DNA from: Mobula hypostoma
Taxonomy: Eukaryota
DNA: 64,000 nucleotides
Assembly: GCF_963921235.1 (NCBI RefSeq)
Contig: NC_086097.1
Span: 154,010,001-154,074,000 of the forward strand
Direction: 5' to 3'
The position numbers were made by a program, and so were the translations under genes. The notes beneath the pieces were generated by a model. It made no database searches. It saw only the letters and a list, made by a program, of their open reading frames with translations, and was not told the DNA's origin. Each line of letters opens with the position of its first letter. The first letter of the stretch is position 1. This document shows, in pieces, positions 13,523 to 26,287 of this stretch.

Positions 13523-15540
13523 GTTGGTTGATACATGCTTGGGTACAATCACATTTTCAGGATGATGAGAACGGATAATCCACAGCTTAAAGCCTACTTT
13601 TAATTAATATGTGTGTTTTAATTAAATTAACGTGTTTAACTTTGAAATCATGCTCAGTTTGGCTGAATGAAAGTGACTTTTGCGTGTTTACACTTTGTGT
13701 GAACTGCTGTACATTTGGAAATCAGCAGGCACTATTGTGTGTACTAGTCTACTTGTGGAAGACACTATTAACGTAACAGTTGATTGGAGCAGAGATGTAT
13801 AAAATTTCAAGTTCCACACCTAACCAATCTGTTCCCATGACAGATGGAATTATGTGGGGCACCCTAGGCACTCTGTCCAGATACTATGCAATGGGGTTAT
13901 AAATAGAACCTCAAATCTTTGTTGGAAGAAACTTCGCCACAATAGAGAATGCAGTTATTACTGAAGCATATAAATAATTTGCGAGTCTGTTTTTTCTCTC
14001 TCAGCATTTACTGCAAGGTTAAGCTGCTTTTATCTTAATCTCTTGCAATGGAAGTTAAGTTCCACTAAATCCTGCTGCGTACATTTCCTAGTTAAATAGA
14101 TTTTCTTGATTAAAGATCTAATTGAGAATTTGTTTCCAATGAGTACTTAAGTGAAAGCCTTTATAGCAAATGGTGTATTACATATAATCTTTGAGATAAC
14201 AACAGGAAATTTATTCATCATCGTCAAAAGCTGAGGACCTCTGATGACCCAGCAATAACCCTTGATTATGATAGATGCCAGTAGCTCCAAATTTTTGGAA
14301 AAGTGCACAGCGGTTGGCTCCAATTCTGCAGAGCAATCTCATAGTGCCATCTTCTGGTAATATTATACTAATACAACGCCCATAAAAACAACATATGAAC
14401 TGTTCTATGAATGGTGCAGAGCAAGGAATATATCATCAAATTCAGTATTATTGTTAGCTACTTCTCTATTTGTTTTTTCTGTTTTCATACTTATTGCATA
14501 ATACTTGCTATGAGTTTTTAAGTCTCCTTGGATATGCATAGCTGTAGCTATCTGCTATATGCCCATGATGTGATGTTGGGTGGTGAAAGTCAGCAGCTTC
14601 ATTATCTAATAGGATGTTTTCTATGTGTTGTATCTCTTGCTACCATATGCACTTCAAAAGCAACCAGACAAAGTTACAAATTGCAAGAACTTCAAATAAA
14701 AAAAGAGACTAGTTCATTCACATTAAAGCACTGGTTTTGAAATGGCCTTATATGAATGTCAGTGGAAGAATTGCTAATTGACTGTAAATCAATTCCTTTG
14801 CTGGGTTAGTTTAAAAAAAAATCTCCATCCATTACCTCTATAGAACTAAAGATAAAAGTTTTTGAATATTTCTGGTTTTCAAGTTTGCACATGGATCTTT
14901 CAACAACCATTTCAAGGACATTACTTGATGTTCAAAAGGAAGCAAAGGGTTAGATTGATCTTAGAGCTGGTTAAATTGTTGGCAGGGCATCACAGACTGA
15001 AGGGCCAATACTGTTCTTCCATGTTTCATAGTGAATGGTTCATAGCCTGTGGTCCAAGTATTTGGTCATTTTTAATACTAATGCCTATCTTTCTGCTTTA
15101 ATTTGTATCTCTGGTTATCAAAGGGCTACCAAGTGAATAATGTTGATCAGAAAAATGTGAGTGTGAAGTCATTTCACCACTGCTTGACCCACTGAGTTCT
15201 TCAAACATTGTTTTATGCTTCACAATATCAGCCTCTGCAGCCACTTTTGTCTTTATCAATCAAATTCAGTTTTTACCAGACTGGGATAAATTAGAGATAA
15301 ACAAATTTAAAGATGTAGGTCAGAGGTGAGAACCAAAGAATCAGCCCCTAATAGCTTGGAATAAAGGAAATATTTAGATACAGAAAATAATTATTACAGA
15401 AGTGGTAATGATGCAGGGAGTGATAGATGTGAGCAGGAAGTGTTAAGGGGGCAGACAGTGCAATCTAATCAAGGGAGGGGTGTGGGTAGAAATAAATATT
15501 GGGAACCTGAATAATCTGTATCCCTGACCTGGAACAGCTA

Positions 15541-16490
15541 ATGATCAGATGCTGACCATTCTATTTACCAAGGGAGGACTCCTGTGTGATCCTGGCCACA
15601 GTTCACATACTACCATCGGCCGAATGTTATCAGGCACTTGAGATACTGCATGCTGCCCTCACTAAACAAGAAGCAGTCCACTCAAATCATTTCATTCATA
15701 GTCAGGGACTTCAACTAGGCTAGTTTGGGGAAAAAAAACTCTGTCCAATTACCATCCCCATATAATCAGTAGCACCAGAGGTCCCAACACGTTTGATCAA
15801 TGCTATACTGGGATAAGGAATGCCTGCCATTCCATGCCCAGACTGCACTTCAGGAAATCTGATCACCTGGCTGTCCTTTTCCCACCTGTTTATAGGCAGA
15901 GCCTAGAGACCAAGGCACCAGAGATGAGGACAATGAAGAGGTGGTCTCCAGAGGCAGTAGAATGAATACAGGATTGCTTTGAGTCACTAGACTGGGCCAT
16001 GTTCAAGGGCTCATCTGTGGATTTGAATGAATACACTTCCGTTGTCATGGCCGTTATAAAAACTGTCATAGACGAGTGTGTCCCCACAAAATCATTCAGA
16101 GTCTTCTCCAACCAGAAGCTCTGGGTGAGCCAAGAGATCCACGATCTGCCAAGGGCCAGATCAGTGGTATTCAGATCTGGCGTCCAAGTAAAACACAAGA
16201 GGTCCAGGTACAATTTTTGGAAAGTCATCTCACAGGTGAAGTAGCAATTCTGGACTAAACGTGAATCAATGAAGGATGTTCGACAGCTGTGGCAGGGCTT
16301 GAATGCTATTACCTCTTACCAAGTGAAATCAATCAACAAAGGTGACAACAGGGCTTCACTTCCAGATGAGCTCAATGCCTTCTGTCCCGACTTTGACCGC
16401 AAAAATATGAAGGATCCTTCATGAACTCTCATAGCTCCCAATGAGCCTGTCACTGAGGTCGACATGAGAGCATCCTTCAGAAGGGTGAAC
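15541..16490 (+). mobile_element. Rex1/Babar LINE internal fragment (endonuclease-RT linker)
   Basis: gggacttcaac (GDFN), ggaaatctgatcac (GKSDH), CVPTKSFRVFSNQKLW, LPDELNAF. Confidence 0.88.
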
Positions 16491-16730
16491 TGTTCACAAT
16501 ACTCACGATGAGGCCTCACCAATGTCTTATTAAGCCTCAGGATCACACCCCTGCTCTTGTATTCTAGACCTCGAAATGAATGCTAACGTTGCATTTGCCT
16601 TCCTCACCACCAACTCTACCTGCAAGATAACCTTTAAGGTGTTCTGCACAAGGACTCCTAACTCCCTTTGCATCTCAGATTTCTGGATTTCTTTTCTCCG
16701 TTTAGAAAGCAGCCTGCACATTTATTTCTA

Positions 16731-17485
16731 CACAATGTCAGTAAGACAAAGGAACTGATTGTGGACTTCAGGAAGGGCAGGAAGAAGGAACACATACCAA
16801 TCCTCATAGAGGAATCAGTAGTGGAGGGAGTGAGCAGTTTCAAGTTCCTCGGTGTCAAGATCTCCATGGACCTAACCTGGTTCCAACAATTCAATGCATC
16901 TATAAAGAAGGCAAGACAGCAACTATACTTCATTAGGAGTTTGAAGAGATTTGGTATATCAACAAGAACACTCTAGAACTTCCATAGATGTACCATGGAG
17001 AGCATTCTGACAGGCTGCATCACTGCCAGGTATGGGAGTAGGGGCTACTGCACAGGACCGAAAAAAACCTGCAGAGGGTCATAAATTTAGTTGGCTCCAT
17101 CTTGGGTACTTGCTTAGAAAGTACCCGGGACATCTTCAAGAAGCAGAGTCTCAGAAAGGCAGCATCCACTATTAAGGACTCCCAGCACCCAGGGCATCCA
17201 CTTTTATCATTGTTACCAACAGGTAGAAGGTACAGGAGGAACTGTTTTTTCCCCTCTGCCATCTACTTTTTAAACAGACATTGAACCCGTGAACGCTACC
17301 CCACTTTTAAAATATATATTATTTCTGTTTTTGCACGCTTTTCAATCTATTCAATATATATATACTGTAATTGATTTACTTTTACTTTTTTCTTCTATAT
17401 TAGATATTGCCTTGAACTGCTGCTGCTAAGTTTCCAAATTTCACATCACATGTCAGTGATAATAAACCTAATGGTGATTCTGATA
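16731..17485 (+). mobile_element. Rex1/Babar LINE 3' fragment inserted in CR1
   Basis: NVSKTKELIVDFRK, FKFLGVKIS, KKARQQLYFIRSLKRFG. Same subfamily as 12570-13235. Confidence 0.92.
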
Positions 17486-18020
17486 CTAGCAAAGTGCATG
17501 ACCATGCTTTTCCAACATTGTATTTCTTTTGTCACTCCCTTGCCCATTCTCCAAATGTTTCTAAGTCCTTCTGCAGCCTTCCTGTTTCCTCAACACTTAC
17601 CCATGAGCTGCAGGCAATGGTGGTGGAGGCGGATACGATAGGGTCTTTTAAGAGACTTCTGGATAGGTACATGGAACTTAGAAAAATAGAGGGCTATGGG
17701 TAACCCTAGGTAATTTCTAAGGTAAGTACATGTACGGCACAGCATTGTGGGTCAAAGGGCTTGTATTGTGCTGTAGGTTTTTCTATGTTTCTATGTTACT
17801 CCTCAATCAAACTTCGTATCAGCTGCTAACTTGGCAACAAAGCCATCTATTCCATCTTCTAAATATACAGCATAAAAAGAAGCAGTCCCAACACCGACCA
17901 CTGCGGAACGCCACTAGTGACTGGCAGCCAACCAGAAAAGGTTATTTTTATTCTCATTCGCTGCCTCTTACCAACCAGCCAATGCTTTAACCATGCCAGT
18001 AACTTTCCTGTAATAATATA

Positions 18021-18230
18021 GCAACATACATCAAAGTTGCTGGTGAACGCAGCAGGCCAAGCAGCATCTATAGGAAGAGGCGCAGTCGACGTTTCAGTCC
18101 TGACGAAGGGTCTCGGCCTGAAACGTCGACTGCGCCTCTTCCTATAGATGCTGCTTGGCCTGCTGCGTTCACCAGCAACTTTGTTGTATGTTGCTTGAAT
18201 TTCCAGCATCTGCAGAATTCCTGTTGTTTG
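18021..18230 (+). mobile_element. Penelope-like terminal insertion with inverted 5' arm and 15-bp TSD
   Basis: TSD cctgtaataatatag at 18007-18021 and 18231-18245. Arms 18021-18097 and 18118-18194 match 76/77. Confidence 0.88.
18095..18132 (+). ncRNA. Minimal type I hammerhead ribozyme motif
   Basis: cagtc CTGACGA agg-gtctcgg-cct GAAAC GTC gactg: helix I cagtc/gactg, intact core, helix II AGG/CCU, loop-less palindromic helix III (ACGU). Predicted cleavage after C18127. Confidence 0.8.
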
Positions 18231-18374
18231 CCTGTAATAATATAGGTTGTTAGATATCTGGCGACCAAGTAAAATACAAGAGGTCCAGGTACAATTTTTG
18301 GAAAGTCATCTCACAGGTGAGGTAGCAATTCTGGACTAAACGTGAATCAATGAAGGATGCTATGGTTTGTTAGA

Positions 18375-18627
18375 GATGCAGCACTGGAGGTCGTTCCTGC
18401 CTGTGGCCATCGAACTTGCAGCTCCTCCCGTGGAGGGTCAGACACCCTGAGCCAATAGACTGGTCCTGGACTTATTTTCCATCTGGCATTGTTTGCATTT
18501 TGTTGTTTGATTGTTTGTAGTTTTTGTATTGCTATATTTACGCTCTATTCTTGGTTGGTGCGGCTGTAACAAAACCTAATTTCCCTCAGGATCAATAAAG
18601 CATATCTATTTATCTATCTATCTATCT
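18375..18627 (+). mobile_element. Rex1-type LINE 3' tail with (tatc)n
   Basis: ggtcgttcctgcctgtggccatc (RSFLPVAI)...aataaagcatatctatttatctatctatc. Confidence 0.75.
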
Positions 18628-20789
18628 GTTAACTTGGTAAGCAGCCTCATGTGTGGCACCTTGTCAAAGGCCTTCTGAAAGTCCAAATATACAACATCCA
18701 CAGCATCCCCTCTATCTATCATACTTGTAATATCCTCAAAGAATTCTAACAGGTTCATCAGGCAAGATTTTCCTTAACAGAAACTATATTGACTTTGTCC
18801 TATCTTATCTTATGTCACCAAGTACTCCATAACCTCATCTTTAACAGTCCAACATCTTTCCAACCACTAAAGTCAGCCTAACTGGTCTATAATTTCCTTT
18901 CCCCTGCCTTCCTCCTTTCTTAAGGGAAATAATATTATATCCAGATGGTTATTATGGATTGTCCAATCTATTTATTATTATTTTTGCTCTCTCTTGTATT
19001 TGCACAGTTTGTTGTCTTTTGCACACTGATTATTTGTCTGCCCTGTTGGGTGAGGTCTTTCACTGATTCTTTTATCTTTTGTGGATTTACTGAGTATGCC
19101 TGTAAGAAAAAGAATCTCAATGTTTTATATAGTGACATAAATATATTTCTATAATATATTTACTGTGACCTTTGAACTGTACTAAGAATAGCTGAAGTGG
19201 AAGAACTTGATTTTGAACCTGGAAGTCTAGAGTGTGCCCATTGGACGATGAGGTGTTGTTTAGTTTGAGCTTTGATGGCACTGTCTAGAGCTACGTGACA
19301 GGGAATTGAAGTGACAGGTAGCTGGAAGCTTTTGGTCACCCTTGCAAACAGAATGTTTTGAAGAATACATTAAACCACCTAGCATAGGCATTGTCTCCTT
19401 TTGTAAGAAACCATAGTGTTTTAAAAAAATTGTTCATGGGATGTAGGTATTGCTGGCAAAACAATTAATTATTTTCCTTTGAAGATTTTATCTGAGAGCT
19501 CTGGCACACCTGAGTCTAGTGCTACCTACAGGCTAGTCAAGATAAGATGGGTCAGCTTCTTCCCAAAAATATAAACTTTAGATACCAAGTATAACCAAGT
19601 AAATCAGTGCCTTACTGCAGAAAGTGACAGAGCTAAAGGAGAAATGGTTCAATGAGTGTTTGGACAAATAGAGGTAAGTAAGGTTCTTAGGGCTCTATTC
19701 AATCATTGATCAGAAAGGGTAACCTTGTTCTTTTCTTCACATTCTGTCTGACTTGCTTCTATATGAAGGAATTGAAAATAACCTTATGACTTCATTTGGT
19801 AATTGGATGGGCAGTAGAAATTAAAGGTAGGAAATGAAATTAAAGGTTTAACAATAGCAGGCTATGATAAATGGTGCTCTGAAGGATTTGAACTGGAGTC
19901 TCAACTTTGCAGAATAAATGTGTGACTTGTGTTGATGACGAGAGATGCATTCATTACCATCATATCCAATTATTTAGCAATAGCAACATAACAGGAACAT
20001 TCTAAAGTTGTTGAGTGTTATCAAACAAAAACTTGATATTAATCCACAGCAGAAAATAATATCAGGCATCAAAAGCTTAGCCAAGAGGTAGGTCTATTAG
20101 CAGGTGGAGAATAATTCAGTTCGTGCTTGTCTATTTTGATAGAGGATTGGAAACTTGAAAGTCGATTCAGAAGGGAGAAAAGCTTAGTTGGAAGTGGAAG
20201 ATGGAATTTCGGTTGAAGAGTTAAGTAGGGAGGTAAAAGAAAATGGTGAAGGCCTATGACAGTGATACTGATTATTAAAGATGATCAGGAAAGGACCAAG
20301 TATACAAGCATAGGAGTACACTAAAATTTTGTCAGATAAAATAAAACCTGTAGTTTATTTATCTGAGTACAGACAGCATTCTTCACATATAGGTATAGTG
20401 ATGACATATGGTTCGGTAGCCATTATGCAGATCGTACCACGGACTATCCACCATGCAAAGTGGATAATGCATAGTGTGTAACATCTCTGAAGAATATGGA
20501 AGAAAATAGTCTCTGGGTAATTGATTCATGAAGGTTGAGAACAATCCAAAAGTGAAGAACGATATTGGCTCGAAAGCTCGAGCTGTAGAATCATTTTAAA
20601 CAGCGAAGAAGACTCCCCCCCCCCCACCCCCCATGTTCATGTCATTAGATTTGGGTTGAGGGTAGAATATTTGGTTATGAAAATACTGTCTGAAACAAAA
20701 GCAATTACAATGGTATGAGGATAGGGGAAAAATATATAAAATGAGAGATGGGTAATTTGAGGAGAGGGGAAGTCACGAGAATACATACT

Positions 20790-21405
20790 AATCCGCCACT
20801 GGTATGGGGTTAGCAGTGGAAAAAGTGAATAACTTAAAATTCCGGGAAGTGAACATCTCAGGGGATATACCCTGGGCCCAATTCATTGATGCATTCATGA
20901 AGAAGGTACACCAGCAGCTCTAATTTGTTAGGAGTCTGAAGATTTTCACTATGTCACCAAAGGCACTTACAAATTTCTCCAGATGTATGATGGAAAGGTT
21001 GTATCAAGGATTGGTATGGAGACTCCAATGTCGAGGATCGGAAGAAAATGCAGATGCTTGTAGACTTAGCCAGCTACATCACAGGCACAACTATTCCTAT
21101 CATAGAGGACATCTTCAAGAGGTGGTGCCTTAAGAATTCAGCGTCCATGACCAAGGACCCTCAATATCTGGTTCCTGCCTCTTCTCATTACTTCCTTTGA
21201 CCTGAAGACCCACACTCAAGGATTTAGGAATGGGTTCTTCCCATCTGGCATTAGATTTCCAAACAATCCATAGAAAGTCCATTAAATTTTTCACTATTTA
21301 TTATTTGCCATTTATAGTAGTTTTATGTCTTTGCACTCCAGTGTTACTGCAAACGAGCACATTTCATGTCCTAGAAGTCAGTGATAATAATTCTGATTCT
21401 GATTC
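20790..21405 (+). mobile_element. Rex1/Babar LINE 3' fragment, old
   Basis: MSPKALTNFSRC; tail gtgataataattctgattctgattc. Confidence 0.8.
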
Positions 21406-21599
21406 ATAAACCTGTCCCTGAACCTGATGGAAAATAATTTCAGGCTTTATTTTAATCTTATGCCCAAAAGGAAGGTGGAGAAGATAGAATGCAGTAGATA
21501 GGTCTTTGATTATGTTGGCTGCTCTTCTTAAGCAGGAAGAAGTGTCAACTTAGTCCATGGAGGGGAGGCTGATTTCTGTGATCTGCTGAGCTGTGTACA

Positions 21600-21840
21600 G
21601 ATGAGATGGGGAGAATCAGCTTTTCCCAGAGAGTAGTGAATTTGTGGAACTCTCTGTCCAGGGCTGGCAACCTCATTAAATGTATTAAAAAGACAGTTGA
21701 ACAGATTTTTTGCAAATGAGGGGAAATTAATGATTATGGAGAAAATGCAGGTTGGTGGAACTGAGTCACAGCCAGATTAGCCATCTTATTGATTGGCAGA
21801 GCAGGCTTAATAAACTATATGGCCTACTCCCGATCCTAAA
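21600..21840 (+). mobile_element. CR1 3' fragment abutting the Gypsy 5' LTR
   Basis: cccagagagtagtgaatttgtggaactctctg...ggcctactcc. Confidence 0.75.
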
Positions 21841-22069
21841 TGTGGTAATGTGAGCATTATTAAAGGTAAGTTAATACTAATTAGGATAATGGGGAGTTCT
21901 ACTTCCATTCTTTTTACTTCTGGTGTGCTTTTATATACAGTGTGCCTGCCATGCCGTACGGGTTCTAAAAGCCTCTGTATATACCTATCGGTTTTGATGT
22001 TCGAGATAAAGTTGTTTCTTTAGGCACAAAGTTGTCGAGTGTGTCTTTTTCAAAGTAGAAGTTACTACA
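21841..22069 (+). repeat. Gypsy 5' LTR
   Basis: tgtggtaatg...gttactaca. Aligns without gaps to 26057-26285 with 24 substitutions by manual count. Confidence 0.96.
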
Positions 22070-22075
22070 AATTTT

Positions 22076-22086
22076 TGGCAACGAGG
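22076..22086 (+). promoter_or_regulatory. Primer-binding site, probably tRNA-Ser
   Basis: tggcaacgagg just after the 5' LTR. One CpG-type change from TGGCGACGAGG, which is complementary to the 3' end of tRNA-Ser(GCU). Confidence 0.7.
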
Positions 22087-22159
22087 TGAACTGGTTTTGT
22101 GGATGTGTCGGTGCGTTTTGAACGGGAGAAGCAGCACCGATAAGGGCCCTCACATTCAG

Positions 22160-25100
22160 ATGGCTACATTTGGGACTATCGGTGATTTTGTGGAGTTAAT
22201 GGAGGACTGGCCGGAGTATGTTGGGACACTTTTTCTGTGCTAATGGAGTTACTGAGGAGGCTAAGAAGCACTTGATTCTCCTGAGTGTGTGTGGGGCAAA
22301 GACGTACTAGCTAATAAGGAATTTAGCCATACCGCGGAAACCGGGGGACATTCCATATGATGAACTGATCAAGCTCATGGGAAACCACTAGAATTGGAAA
22401 CCTTCTGTGAAAGTCCAACGGTGTAAGTTTCACAGCCGTTTCAGGAAGTCAGGTCAGTCTGTGGCCAATTTTGTGGCCGAGCTTCGGCAGCTGTCGGAGC
22501 ATTGTGATTTTGAATCGGTGTTGGAAAACATGCTCCATGATAGATTGGTATGCGGCATTAATAATGACGGCGTACAACACTGCCTGTTAGGGGAAACCCC
22601 ACTGTTGACTTTCAAGAAAGCCTTAGAGATTGCCCAAGGCATGGAGATGGCTGCTAATAATGTCAAGGATATCCAGAAAGGACATGGGGGGTCGCACCAA
22701 GTCAGGAGGGAGACTGGTAAACAGGCAAAGCGGGTGGAATGTTTCCGGTGTAGAGGGAAGAACTATGCAAATGATTGCAAATTCAAAGACACTGTCTGCC
22801 ATTCTTGTTGCAAAAAGGGACATTTAGCTAAAAAGAGCAGAAGTTGATAGGGTAAGATTAAGCCTGGGCAGGGGAAAGCTCAACAGGCTCAGGCAGCCAC
22901 ACAGCATCTAGAAGATGCAGATGAAGAGGCAGCCTGTGCCTACAACGTGTTTGCAGTGGAAACAGATGAGGAACCACCTGAACCGTATTATGCCACAGTC
23001 ACTGTCAGGGGAAAGGACATTACGTTTGAGATTGATTCAGGGGCTACTGCATCGGTCATTAGTGAGGAGACCTACAGGAGGAAACGGGGGGTCCAACCTG
23101 CCTCCTACCAGACCATCAAATCTCAAACTCAGGACCTGTACGGGGCAGCCCATACCTCACTTAGGGGTGTTATATGTGGACATTTCAGCCGGGGGTCAGA
23201 AGGCTGAAGCCAGGCTAGTGATAGCTAAGGGCAGGAGGCCCAGTCTTTTGGGTTGCGATTGGCTTCACAAAATCCGGCTAAACTGGCATGAAATTAAGTA
23301 TCCACACACGACGGAGGACATTCTGCAGTGGTACAGTGACGTTTTCAGGGACGAGCTGGGAACACTGAAGGGCGTGACAGTGAAACTCCATGTCGACCCT
23401 GAGGCTACACCATGTTTTTTTAAGCCCAGGTCGGTGCCCTATGCCATGAAGGGCAAAGTCAAGGAGGAGCTGGAACGTTTACAGAGGCTGGGCAGTATTG
23501 AGCCCGTCCAGTTTTCAAGGTGGGTGCTCCCATTGTTCCTGTTTTGAAGGCAGACAAAATGGTGAGGATATGTGGGGATTATAAGCTTACAGTGAATCAG
23601 GTCTCTAGGCTGGAGGAGTACCCATTGTCACAGGTGGATGACCTGTTTGTGACCGTCAGGGGGTAAGCTGTTCACAAAGCTGGACATGAGCCACACCTAC
23701 AAACAGCTGCTGCTCAACGAGGATTCAAAGGAGTACGTCACAATTAATATGCACAAAGGATTATTCAAGTAAATCGCCTGGTGTTTGGAGTGGCGTCCAG
23801 CCCTGCCATTTTCCAAAGGACAGTGGACACTTTGCTACAGGAGATTCCACACGGAGCAGTGTACCTTGATGACATTTTGATCACGGGGGCTACGGAGGTG
23901 GAGCATCTGGTTAATTTAGAACGGGTGCTGAAGAGGCTCTCAGACGCAGGGCTGCGGTTGAAACGCAGAAAATGTGTATTCCTGGCATCAAGTGTGACTT
24001 ACCTGGGACACAAGATCACAGCTGAGGGGCTTTGCCCTGTGGAGGACAAAGTGAGAGCTATTAAGGAGGCCCCAAGCCCCAAGACCGTCACGGAACTCAG
24101 ATCATTTTTGGACATGGTGAATTATTACGGCAAGTTTCTTCCTGATGTCTCAAGGGTTTTGACCCCACTGTATAAGCTGCTTCACAATGACACTAAGTGG
24201 CAGTAGGGTGAAGTGCAGGAGAAAGCTTTCAAGGAAGTGAAAGAACTCTTCCACTCAGTGAAGCTGCTTGTTTACTATGACCCAGACAAGGAGATCACCC
24301 TTGCATGCGATGCCTCGCCCTATGAAGGTCAGGGCTGTTCTCTCACATGTAATGGAGGACCGTTCAGAGAAGCCTATTGGTTTTGCTTCACGTACCCTGA
24401 CAGCTGATGAGAAGGGATATTCACAGCTAGACAAAGAAGGTCTGGCCATTGTTTTTGCAGTCAAACGCTTTCATCAGTACCTTTATAGAGGCATATTTAC
24501 AATTTATACAGACCATAAACCACTGATGAGCCTGTTCAGTGAGACTAGATGCATCCCATCGCTAGCCTCAACCAGGATACAGCGTTGGGCTGTTACATTG
24601 TCAGCTACCAGTACGCTATAGTGGGGATATAGCGGGTGGGGATAATGCAAACGCTGATGCACTGAGTCGGCTACCTTTACCTGAGACACCTGTTGCTACA
24701 TATGTGCCTCCAGAGACTGTGTTTTCATTGGAGAGGCTGTCAGAGACACCTGTAAAGGTGACCCAGATCAAGCAGTGGACACAGAGGGACCCAGTCCTGT
24801 CCCAAGTCAAACTTTTCTTTTACAAAGTTGGCCCAGAGTCATGGAAGGAGAGGAACTGGGGCCTTATGCCAAATGCAAGACAGGACTCAGTCTGCAGGAT
24901 GGCTGCATTTTCTGGGGGGGCGAGGGTCATCGTGCCTCCCCTGGCTGTTCACAGATTGTGGAGGAAATTCATGAGACTCATCCAGGGGTGTCGCGAATGA
25001 AAAGCCTTGCTAGATCCTACATTTGGTGGTCAAGAATGGATCAGGATCTGGAGAACAAGGTAAAATCATGCACGCAATGTCAGACTAATCAGAATATGCC

Positions 25101-25821
25101 ACCACCAGCTCCTTTGCACCCATGGGAGTGGCCAGACCACCCCTGCTCTAGGCTACATTTGGACTTTGCTGGCCCTTTTATGGGGCAGATGTTTCTTGTA
25201 ATGGTAGATGTGCATTCTAAATGGATCGAAGCTCACATCATGAGCAACATCCCAGCCCCCTCAACCACAGACAAACTCAGGCAAGTGTTTGCAGTCCACG
25301 GGTTGCCTGACACTCTGGTCACTGATAACAGCCCGACGTTCACCAGTGAGCTGTTCGGTAAGTTCATGCCGCAGAATGGCATTCGTCACATTCGGACGGC
25401 CCCTTTCCACCCAGACTCCAATGGTTTGGCTGAGCGGGCTGTTCAGACAGTGAAGGAAGACCTGAAGTGGATGACAGAGGACTCTCTTAGCATTTGGCTT
25501 CCACGTTTCCTGTTTAAATACTGCCTCCTCCTCATGCCACAGACTACGACTGCCCGCACTCCAGCAGAGATGCTGGTGGGGCGTAGGCCCAAGTCAAGAT
25601 TGGACCTGCTGTGCCTGGACATGAAGGCAAAAGTGAGACAGACTACTGCGGAAGCATGTCCACCAGTGACTTTGCCAGAGGGCGAGACGCTGGCAGAGCG
25701 GTCGGGGTCCCCTGAGGAGGATGGACATTCTCACGCAGACACACAGACCCCTCTCAGCCCCCAATACCAGACCCACCCAAAACACCATCACCAGCGGTGC
25801 CTGCGGGGTCACCATGGGTAG
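22160..25821 (+). pseudogene. Gypsy gag-pol, disrupted by stops and frameshifts
   Basis: Starts MATFGTIG. Contains degenerate zinc knuckles (CFRC.../CHSCCKKGH), protease FEIDSGATAS, RT YLDD, RNase H LACDAS, and integrase HHCC (HETHPG...CTQC) plus DDE core (LHLDFAGP, VTDN, AERAVQ). Confidence 0.95.
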
Positions 25822-26056
25822 TGCGCAGATCACAGCGCACTGGTAAACCTCCTGACAGACTGAATCTTTGACAGGACAGTTTTTTTTGTTGTTGTTAGAT
25901 TGAATGTTGAATCTGTCATGTTTTCCAGATGTTTTGTATTGGTAAACTGTTGCTGAGATACTACTATACGTTTCTAGGGGTATACAAGTTAATAACACTG
26001 TTTTTATTTCCTAGTTTTTTACATTTTGGGAATGTTGGATTTTAAAGGGGGAGAAG

Positions 26057-26285
26057 TGTTGTAATGTGAGCATTATTAAAAGTTAGTTAATACTAATTAG
26101 GATAATAGGGGGTCCTACTTCCGTTCTTTTTACTTCCAGTGTGCTTTTGTATATAGTGTTCCTGCCATGCCGTACTGGTTCTAAAAGCTTCTGTATATAC
26201 CTGTTGGTTTTGACGTTTGAGATAAAGTTGTTTCTTTGGGCATGAAGTTGTTGAGTGTGCCTTTTTCAAAGTAGAAGTTACCACA
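26057..26285 (+). repeat. Gypsy 3' LTR
   Basis: tgttgtaatg...gttaccaca, preceded by the polypurine tract aaagggggagaag (26044-26056). Confidence 0.96.
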
Positions 26286-26287
26286 CC

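Larger units (their letters stand above)
16490..18922 (-). mobile_element. CR1 LINE split by several later insertions
   Basis: Pieces LVRPHREYC, RELGVLVQNTLKV and WLPVTSGVPQWSVLG continue across inserts at 16731-17485, 17604-17797 and 18021-18627. Confidence 0.85.
21841..26285 (+). mobile_element. Full-length decayed Ty3/Gypsy LTR retrotransposon
   Basis: Two 229-bp LTRs (TG...CA), a primer-binding site, a polypurine tract and gag-PR-RT-RH-IN domain order. Possible 5-bp TSD ctaaa/ccaaa. Confidence 0.97.

Noticed and set aside
24775..25821. 348-aa integrase ORF as a domesticated gene
   Set aside because: It lies within an LTR-bounded element with many lesions, has a frameshifted start and carries substitutions at normally conserved positions (DNSP, DSNG).
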